A stretch of 64,000 nucleotides of DNA from assembly GCA_040755455.1 (NCBI GenBank), contig JBFMAY010000002.1, positions 128,001 through 192,000 of the forward strand. The letters run 5' to 3'. This document shows positions 56,980-64,000 of this stretch, piece after piece (the stretch's first letter is position 1; each line of letters begins with the position of its first letter). Position numbers and translations under genes: made by a program. Below the pieces are notes generated by a model. It saw only the letters and a list, made by a program, of their open reading frames with translations. It did not search any database and was not told the DNA's origin. The stretch comes from Thermodesulfobacteriota bacterium (GTDB lineage Bacteria > Desulfobacterota > Desulfobulbia > Desulfobulbales > SURF-16).

Positions 56980-58134
56980 TCATAAGGCAACGGACATGCC
57001 GTTGCCGCTGTCCTGTATCTGGAACGTTGCATCCCAGTCCTTGCGGACCGGGTCATATCCTCTGCGGCAGATATCGGCGCACACCTCCTGCATGGAACGG
57101 TGATCGCCGACGGAAAATTGCTCGCCTGTCAGCTCCGGGTTGGCATAGCCGCCCGGCGCGGTGCAGGAGCCCGCGGAATAGCGGGTGGGGCCGAGACCCA
57201 CCATGCCGTCCCGGAAGCGGGCCTCCTCCCGGGTTGACAGCAGAAGCCCCACATCCGGGTCAAAAATACGCAGGCTGAAAATCAGCTGGCTCAGCATGCG
57301 CTCATCCACTTTGACCAGCGGCTGAAAGCCGCCCTCCGCCGGCCGCAGGCGGGGAAAGGAAACGGTGAGCGCCGTGCGCCAGTAATGTTTGCGCAGCCAG
57401 GCCAGATGCAGGCCCAGGGCCAGACCCTCCAGCCGCCAGTCAGCCAGGCCCAGCAGCGCGCCGATGCCCACCTCACGCATGCCGGCGGCCGCGGCCCTGG
57501 CCGGGGTGGCCAGCCGGTAGTTGAAATCACATTTTTTGCCGCTATGGTGCACCTGGCTGTAAATCCCGCGGTCATAGGTCTCCTGGTAGACGGCCACGCT
57601 GGTGATGCCGGCGCTGAAAAGCCGGGCGTATTCATCCTCTGCCAGGGGCTGCACCTCGATGGAGATGGCGGCAAAGCGGTCGCGCAGCCGGGTAGCCAGC
57701 TCCGCCAGATATTCCACCCCCAGCCGGGCCGGGGCCTCGCCTGCCACCAGCAGAATATGCTTGAAGCCCCTGCCGTGCAGAATCATGGCCTCCTGCTCGG
57801 CCTCCGCCATGGTAAGCACGCGGCGGTCTATCCTGTTGCCCGCGGAAAAGCCGCAGTAGGCACAGCGGTTAATACAGAAATTGGACAGATAGAGAGGGGC
57901 ATAAATCTGGATGGTGCGGCCGAATCGCTTAGCGGTTATCCGGGCGGAATGGGCCGCCAGCTGCGGCAGCAGGCCGTCCGCCGCCGGCGACAGCAGGGCG
58001 GCAAGGCCGTGGATATCCAGCCGGTCGCTCCGCAGGGCGCGGTGCACCTCGGCTGGATGGCAATTTGCCGTCAATAGCTGCTGCAGTTGGCTAAAATCAG
58101 GTATGGTAAATTCTTCTAGGGTCATCTCTTCCAT
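56980..58134 (-). CDS. thiH: 2-iminoacetate synthase (radical SAM)
   Basis: YAPLYLSNFCINRCAYCGF, YQETY, SFPRLRP, PGGY. Confidence 0.95.
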   Translation of the reverse strand: MEEMTLEEFTIPDFSQLQQLLTANCHPAEVHRALRSDRLDIHGLAALLSPAADGLLPQLAAHSARITAKRFGRTIQIYAPLYLSNFCINRCAYCGFSAGNRIDRRVLTMAEAEQEAMILHGRGFKHILLVAGEAPARLGVEYLAELATRLRDRFAAISIEVQPLAEDEYARLFSAGITSVAVYQETYDRGIYSQVHHSGKKCDFNYRLATPARAAAAGMREVGIGALLGLADWRLEGLALGLHLAWLRKHYWRTALTVSFPRLRPAEGGFQPLVKVDERMLSQLIFSLRIFDPDVGLLLSTREEARFRDGMVGLGPTRYSAGSCTAPGGYANPELTGEQFSVGDHRSMQEVCADICRRGYDPVRKDWDATFQIQDSGNGMSVAL

Positions 58135-58146
58135 CAACACGAGTTG

Positions 58147-58914
58147 TCAGCGCAGGAAATCAAGGCCTGTCTGCGGGGAAGAGGCGGCAGCCTCCGCGCG
58201 CCGCGCGCCAAGCCCCGCTTCAAAAGCCTCGCGGCCCGCCTCCACCGCCATGGCAAAGGCCCGGGCCATGCGCACCGGATCACCGGCCACGGCAATGGCC
58301 GTATTGACCAGCACCGCGTCGGCACCCATCTCCATGGCCTGGGCCGCATGGGAAGGGGCGCCGAGGCCCGCATCCACCACCACCGGCACCCTGGCCTGCT
58401 CAATGATAATGGCAATTTGAAAAGCGGTGAGAATGCCCTGATTGGTGCCGATGGGTGAGCCGAGCGGCATGACCGCCGCCGCGCCGGCATCCTGCAGCCG
58501 CAGGGCCAGCACCGGATCGGCGTTCATATAGGGCAAAACGATGAAGCCTTCCTTGACCAGGATCTCGGTGGCCTTGAGGGTCTCCACCGGATCGGGCAGC
58601 AGGGTGCGCGGGTCCGGGGTCACCTCAAGTTTGAGCCAGTCCCCGCCGCCGGCGGCCCTGGCCAGCCTGGCCAGGCGCACCGCCTCGTGGGCGTCCCGCG
58701 CCCCGGAGGTGTTGGGCAGGAAGAGAAATTTCCTGCGGTCCAGGACACTCATGATGTCATCCTCGGGATTGGCCAGGTCCACCCGGCGCAAGGCCACGGT
58801 GACCATCTCGCAACCTGAGGCCTCCAGGGCCTCTTTCATCACCTGTGGCGATGAGAACTTGCCCGTGCCGCCGAACAGCCGGGACCGGAAAGTCCTGCCG
58901 GCAATGGTTAACAT
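58147..58914 (-). CDS. thiG: Thiazole synthase
   Basis: [34 protein letters not shown]. Confidence 0.97.
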   Translation of the reverse strand: MLTIAGRTFRSRLFGGTGKFSSPQVMKEALEASGCEMVTVALRRVDLANPEDDIMSVLDRRKFLFLPNTSGARDAHEAVRLARLARAAGGGDWLKLEVTPDPRTLLPDPVETLKATEILVKEGFIVLPYMNADPVLALRLQDAGAAAVMPLGSPIGTNQGILTAFQIAIIIEQARVPVVVDAGLGAPSHAAQAMEMGADAVLVNTAIAVAGDPVRMARAFAMAVEAGREAFEAGLGARRAEAAASSPQTGLDFLR

Positions 58915-58915
58915 G

Positions 58916-59119
58916 TCAACCGCCTCCTACAAAACGTATCAATTCCAGCCTGGCGCCCTCGGTCAGCACGAAGGTCTCATACTCATCTCTTTTGATGATG
59001 ACCCCGTCACATTCGACAAAAACCGTGTCAGGCTTGACGCCCAGCCCAGCGAGAAAGGCGACAAGGGTGGTGCCGGGCCGGATCTCTTTTTTTTCATCGT
59101 TACAGATTATCTGCATCAT
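58916..59119 (-). CDS. thiS: Sulfur carrier protein
   Basis: C-terminal ELIRFVGGG. Confidence 0.95.
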   Translation of the reverse strand: MMQIICNDEKKEIRPGTTLVAFLAGLGVKPDTVFVECDGVIIKRDEYETFVLTEGARLELIRFVGGG

Positions 59120-59149
59120 TCCTTCTGTGCTCATCAGCTCAATAGCTTA

Positions 59150-59785
59150 TCAACTCTCTTCATCCACCCCCAGCAACAGGCGCAGCACCTGGTTGGCCTG
59201 ATGATGGGCGGCAATGCCCACCCTGGGCGCCATCAACCCCTGGTTGGGGCCGACCTCGGCCTCCGCGTCGCCCACCAGGTACACGCGGGGATAAATCCGG
59301 CGGGTGACAATGCGGTTATTGTCGCCGAAACCGGCCATGCCCGAGGCCCCCACATAGCCGACCCCGGCAAGTCCCGTCAACGCGGCCCGCAGGGCGGCAG
59401 GCTTCATCACCGGATCGTCAAAGCATTCCACCAGCACGTCAACTCCCTTAAACAGCAGAGGAATGCGTTCTTCGCTCAGGCGTTCGGTAATGGTTTCCAG
59501 GCAGACGTAAGGATTGATCCGGAGAAGAGTGCCACGCAGAGCCACAGTTTTAGGCAAACCGATCTGATCGGCAAAATAATACTGCCGATTGAGATTGCTC
59601 AGTTCCACCACATCATAATCGGCAAGGAGCAACTTGCCAATACCTATTCTGACCAAAGCTACGGCAACAGCGGAGCCGAGTCCGCCCAGCCCCATGATCC
59701 CTACCACGCCCTGCTGGATGCGGGCCTGGATTGCCGCGCCGTGGCGCATGGCAAGCACATCCTCAATTTCCTTCCTGTCCGGCAC
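59150..59785 (-). CDS. thiF: ThiS adenylyltransferase
   Basis: GLGGLGS, D.DVVELSNLNRQ, LMAPRV; GTG start after GGAGGAG. Confidence 0.92.
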   Translation of the reverse strand: MPDRKEIEDVLAMRHGAAIQARIQQGVVGIMGLGGLGSAVAVALVRIGIGKLLLADYDVVELSNLNRQYYFADQIGLPKTVALRGTLLRINPYVCLETITERLSEERIPLLFKGVDVLVECFDDPVMKPAALRAALTGLAGVGYVGASGMAGFGDNNRIVTRRIYPRVYLVGDAEAEVGPNQGLMAPRVGIAAHHQANQVLRLLLGVDEES

Positions 59786-60101
59786 CCTCTCCTCCAGCTT
59801 AAAACGAGATAGATAATACGCTGCCGCCGGAAAAGCGACCTGTTTATCATGCATTTTTGCATCGTTATACCAGGTTCTCGGCAAAATGCCAGTCAGGAAA
59901 ATAACATGACCGCGCCTGGCGATGGCATAAAAATATCCTGTCGCCGGAAGTAGACACTTTTTACCTCTTGCCCCCCGTGCATTTGCTTGAACTTCCTTTA
60001 TAGACATGATAAGTAGCATGGCGAAGCAAAAAAAATGGCCGTGTCTGTTCGCATCCTTCCGGGACACCGCCCACTGAAACCGCTGGGCTAAGGAGTACGA
60101 C

Positions 60102-61916
60102 GTGACGAAAGTCAGTGCAAAAAAGAAACAATGGCTATCGGGCAACGAGGCGATTGCCCGGGGGGCTTGGGAAGCCGGGGTGACGGTGGCCTCAGGCTAT
60201 CCGGGCACCCCCTCCACGGAAATCCTGGAGAATCTCTGCACCTATAATGATGTCTATACCGAATGGGCCCCCAACGAAAAGGTGGCCCTGGAGGTGGGCA
60301 TGGGAGCATCCTTTGCCGGGGCCCGGGTGCTGGTCACCATGAAGCATGTGGGTCTCAATGTGGCGGCCGATCCCCTGTTTACCGCCTCCTACACTGGTGT
60401 GCGGGGCGGCATCGTCATCATCACCGCCGATGACCCGGAGATGCACAGCTCGCAGAACGAGCAGGACAACCGCAATTATGCCTGTGCCGCCAAGCTGCCC
60501 ATGCTGGAGCCGTCCGACCCGGCCGAGGCCCTGGAGATGCTGAAACAGGCCTTTGCCATCAGTGAGGAGTTCGACACCCCCGTGCTCCTGCGCACCACCA
60601 CCAGGGTGGCCCATGTAAAAGGGCTGGTCGCGACCGGCAAAAGAAAAAAAGGCCCGGTCCCGGTGGCCATCGAAAAGATGCCGGCCAAATTCGTCATGCT
60701 GCCCGGCAACGCTCGCGTGCGGCGCCGGGCCATTGCCGAACGCATGGCTAAACTTGCCGCCTTTGTCGAAACCTTTGCCGGCAACCGCATTGAACCGGGA
60801 GACAGAAAACTGGGTTTCATCACCGGCGGCGTTGCCTACCTTTATGTAAAGGAGGCCTTCCCCAAGGCCTCGGTGCTGAAAATCGCCACCACCTGGCCGC
60901 TGCCGTTTAACCTGATCCGCGATTTCGCCAGCCAGGTCGATGAGGTCATGATCGTCGAGGAGCTTGATCCCTTTCTCGAAACCCACATCAAGGCCAGCGG
61001 CATCGCCTGCACCGGCAAGGAGAAGATTCCGGCCATAGGCGAGCTCAATCCCTTTATCATCAAAAAGGCCCTCGGCCAGGATACCGGAGAGATCTTTGCG
61101 CCGGTTGAAATCCCGCCCCGGCCGCCCAATATGTGCCCCGGCTGCCCGCACCGCGGTCTTTTCTATAGTCTGGCCAAATATGACGTTTTTATTTCCGGCG
61201 ATATCGGCTGCTACACCCTGGGCTTCCTGCCGCCTCTGTCCGCCATGGACTCCTGCGTCTGCATGGGCGCCAGCATAGGCGTGGCCCACGGCATGGACAA
61301 GGCCCTGGGCGACAAGGCCCTGGGCAAGACGGTCGCGGTGATCGGCGACTCCACCTTCATGCACTCGGGCATTACCGGCCTGGTCAACATGGTTTACAAC
61401 AAAAGCATGTCCACGGTCATCATTCTTGACAACCGCATCACCGCCATGACCGGCCACCAGGCGAACCCGGCTTCCGGCAGCACCATCACGGGAGAACCGG
61501 CCAACGCCATTGATCTGCCCGAGCTGTGCCGGGCCATCGGCGTGCGGCACGTGCGCACCCTCAATCCCCACAACATCAAGGAATGTAAAAAGATCCTCAA
61601 AGAGGAGATAGAGCGGCCCGAACCGTCCGTCATCATCGCCCAGGCGCCCTGCGTTCTCCTGCCGGAGGAACGCAAAAGACGCAAAATTCCGCTTACCAGC
61701 ATACTGGACAACTGTACCGGTTGCGGCACCTGCCTCCGCCTGGGCTGCCCGGCCATCAGCTGGGTGCCGCTGACCTCCGAGGAAGCCAAGAAACTGGGGA
61801 AAAAGGAAAAGCAGAAAGGCCATGCCCGTATCAGCGTGGAGATGTGCAATGGCTGCGGCCAGTGTCTGGCCGTCTGTAAATTTAAGGCCATCGGCAAAGC
61901 GGAGGATAACAAATGA
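60102..61916 (+). CDS. iorA: Indolepyruvate:ferredoxin oxidoreductase alpha subunit
   Basis: GNEAIARG, YPGTPSTEI, MKHVGLNVAAD, CPGCPH, GDST, two ferredoxin motifs. Confidence 0.95.
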   Translation: MTKVSAKKKQWLSGNEAIARGAWEAGVTVASGYPGTPSTEILENLCTYNDVYTEWAPNEKVALEVGMGASFAGARVLVTMKHVGLNVAADPLFTASYTGVRGGIVIITADDPEMHSSQNEQDNRNYACAAKLPMLEPSDPAEALEMLKQAFAISEEFDTPVLLRTTTRVAHVKGLVATGKRKKGPVPVAIEKMPAKFVMLPGNARVRRRAIAERMAKLAAFVETFAGNRIEPGDRKLGFITGGVAYLYVKEAFPKASVLKIATTWPLPFNLIRDFASQVDEVMIVEELDPFLETHIKASGIACTGKEKIPAIGELNPFIIKKALGQDTGEIFAPVEIPPRPPNMCPGCPHRGLFYSLAKYDVFISGDIGCYTLGFLPPLSAMDSCVCMGASIGVAHGMDKALGDKALGKTVAVIGDSTFMHSGITGLVNMVYNKSMSTVIILDNRITAMTGHQANPASGSTITGEPANAIDLPELCRAIGVRHVRTLNPHNIKECKKILKEEIERPEPSVIIAQAPCVLLPEERKRRKIPLTSILDNCTGCGTCLRLGCPAISWVPLTSEEAKKLGKKEKQKGHARISVEMCNGCGQCLAVCKFKAIGKAEDNK

Positions 61917-62491
61917 AACCAAGCGGCAACATTCTTTTCTGCGGGGTTGGCGGCCAGGGCATTCTGCTGGCCAGCGAGATCACCGCCTTTGCCCTGCTTG
62001 CCTGCGGCCTGGACGCCAAGAAAAGCGAAGTGCACGGCATGGCCCAGCGCGGCGGCTCGGTGGTGGCTCATCTGCGCTATGGAAAAAAGGTCCACTCCCC
62101 GCTCATCGATCCAGGCCAGGCGGATTTCCTGGTGGCCTTTGAAACCATGGAGGCGGTGCGCTATCTGCCTTTTCTGAAAAAAGACAGCAAGGTCATCGTC
62201 AATACCCAGCAGATTGCCCCGCCGTCCGTGGCCACCGGCAAGATGGCCTATCCTGCCGATCTGCTGTCGCAGTTAACCAGCCGTGGCCTGGCCGTCTATT
62301 CGCTGGATGGTTTCAGCATTGCCAAAGGGGTGGGGGAAATCAGGACGGCGAACCTCGTGCTGGTGGGGGCGCTGTCAACCTTTCTGCCGGTCGGCGAAGA
62401 GGTTTTTCTTGCCGTGCTGCAAGAGAAAATCCCCAGAAAACTTGAGGAAAACATAGCGGCCTTCCAGGAGGGCCGCAAGATCACGGCATAG
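61913..62491 (+). CDS. iorB: Indolepyruvate oxidoreductase beta subunit
   Basis: GVGGQG, SEVHGMAQRGGSV; ATGA overlap. Confidence 0.95.
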   Translation: MKPSGNILFCGVGGQGILLASEITAFALLACGLDAKKSEVHGMAQRGGSVVAHLRYGKKVHSPLIDPGQADFLVAFETMEAVRYLPFLKKDSKVIVNTQQIAPPSVATGKMAYPADLLSQLTSRGLAVYSLDGFSIAKGVGEIRTANLVLVGALSTFLPVGEEVFLAVLQEKIPRKLEENIAAFQEGRKITA

Positions 62492-62518
62492 TATGCAACA
62501 CCATGTGGAGACGGAACA

Positions 62519-63820
62519 ATGATATATAACGAGGAATATGAAACATTGCCGAGGGAGGCCCTGGAGGCCTTGCAGCTGAAAAGACTGCAGTCCCAGATCG
62601 AAAGGATCCATGCCAGAGTCCCTTACTACCGGGCCAAGATGGATGAAGCGGGCGTGGCGCCCGGTGACATCAAAACCCTGGCCGATATCCGCAAGCTCCC
62701 CTTTACCACCAAGGAGGACCTGCGCAAGAATTATCCCTTCGGGCTTTTCACCGTGCCGCTGGAAAGGGTGGTGCGCGTCCACGCCTCCTCCGGCACCACC
62801 GGCCAGCCGACCGTGGTCGGCTATACCAAGCGTGACATCGGCATCTGGGCCGAACTCATGGCGCGCTGCCTGACCGCCGCCGGGGCGACCCAGCAGGACA
62901 TCATCCATAACGCCTATGGCTACGGCCTGTTCACCGGCGGCCTCGGCGCCCATTACGGCGCGGAAACTCTCGGCGCCACCGTGATCCCCGTTTCCGGCGG
63001 CAACACCAAGCGCCAGATCATGCTCATGCGTGACTTCCGCTCCACGGTGCTGCTCTGCACCCCCTCCTATGCCCTGAATCTGGCCGAAGCCATGGTGGAT
63101 ATGGGCATTGATCCCAAGGAGATGGCGCTCAAGGTCGGGGTCTTCGGGGCTGAGCCGTGGAGCGAAAACATGCGGGAGGAGATCGAAAAAAAGCTCGGGC
63201 TGAAAGCCATTGACATTTACGGCTTAAGTGAGATAATCGGACCAGGCGTGGCCATTGAATGCGTGGAGGAGCAGCAGGGACTCCACATCATGGAGGATCA
63301 TTTCCTGCCGGAAATCGTCCATCCCGAGACCTTTGACCCCCTGCCGCTCGGCGAGAAGGGGGAACTGGTATTCACCACCCTGACCAAGGAGGCCTTTCCG
63401 CTCATCCGTTACCGCACCAAGGATTTCTCCCGACTGATCACCGCCCCGTGCTCCTGCGCACGCACCTTCTACCGTATGGAGAAGGTGACCGGCCGCTCCG
63501 ATGACATGCTGATCATCCGCGGGGTCAACGTGTTCCCGTCCCAGATCGAGCATGTGCTCATCAGCATCAAGGGGGTGGAGCCCCATTACCAGATCATCGT
63601 CGAGCGGGAGGGCACCCTGGACACCATGGAGGTACAGGTTGAGGTCAGCGACAGCATCTTCTCCGACGAGGTAAAAACCCTGGAAGGACTTACCAAAAAA
63701 ATCCAGAACGAGATCAAGGACCTTCTCGGCGTGAGCTGCAAGGTGAAACTTGTTGAGCCGAGATCGATCCAGCGCAGCGAGGGCAAGGCAAAAAGGGTTA
63801 TTGATAACCGCAAGATCTAA
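62519..63820 (+). CDS. paaK: Phenylacetate-CoA ligase
   Basis: [46 protein letters not shown]. Confidence 0.95.
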   Translation: MIYNEEYETLPREALEALQLKRLQSQIERIHARVPYYRAKMDEAGVAPGDIKTLADIRKLPFTTKEDLRKNYPFGLFTVPLERVVRVHASSGTTGQPTVVGYTKRDIGIWAELMARCLTAAGATQQDIIHNAYGYGLFTGGLGAHYGAETLGATVIPVSGGNTKRQIMLMRDFRSTVLLCTPSYALNLAEAMVDMGIDPKEMALKVGVFGAEPWSENMREEIEKKLGLKAIDIYGLSEIIGPGVAIECVEEQQGLHIMEDHFLPEIVHPETFDPLPLGEKGELVFTTLTKEAFPLIRYRTKDFSRLITAPCSCARTFYRMEKVTGRSDDMLIIRGVNVFPSQIEHVLISIKGVEPHYQIIVEREGTLDTMEVQVEVSDSIFSDEVKTLEGLTKKIQNEIKDLLGVSCKVKLVEPRSIQRSEGKAKRVIDNRKI

Positions 63821-63884
63821 CAGGCGTTGCGAGACTACCCGCATTTGCGCCCAAGGCAGCTTCTATAAGAAAAGCGAGGAACCT

Positions 63885-64000
63885 ATGAAAGTTGAACAGA
63901 TAGCTATCTTTTTAGAAAACAGATCAGGCCGGATGGCTGAAATAACCGGGATTCTGGCGGCAAAGGGCATTAACATCCGCGCCATGTCCCTGGCCGACAC
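63885..64000 (+). CDS. ACT-domain protein, N-terminal part, runs off window end
   Basis: Own translation [46 protein letters not shown]; usual paaK neighbour. Confidence 0.88.
   Translation, partial: MKVEQIAIFLENRSGRMAEITGILAAKGINIRAMSLAD

Noticed and set aside
59786..60145. N-terminal 120 aa of the ThiF ORF, or a TPP riboswitch
   Set aside because: A GTG with strong RBS at 59785 gives a normal-length ThiF; the region is a divergent promoter zone without THI motifs.

Overview
GC-rich bacterial chromosomal window. Gene content (iorAB-paaK-ACT, thiFSGH, rhodanese-ferritin fusion, DUF401, several hybrid histidine kinases) suggests an anaerobic Desulfobacterota/Desulfobulbales-like organism (inference). 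About 55 CDSs are present, with no rRNA, tRNA or CRISPR array seen. Recognisable blocks: a cobalamin riboswitch plus btuB-tonB-btuFCD uptake operon; a HipBA toxin-antitoxin pair opening an AT-rich accessory patch (15.9-19.6 kb) that holds an attC-flanked orphan cassette, REP-like hairpins and a psiE-like gene with duplicated junctions; a GtrABC-like glycosylation trio; a LolA-like/LolCDE-like/beta-barrel export operon interrupted by a decayed REP-associated tyrosine transposase and an 8-mer repeat hairpin; thiamine genes; and aryl-acid metabolism genes. Best candidates for an undescribed system: (i) the co-oriented run of diadenylate cyclase-like protein, two Tat-exported orphan solute-binding proteins, double-Cache hybrid kinase and RelA/SpoT-type HD hydrolase (29.7-38.6 kb); (ii) the USP, atypical protein kinase and 1028-aa degenerate PHP-domain membrane protein module (2.7-7.4 kb). 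All product calls come from motifs read by eye; no database search was run.
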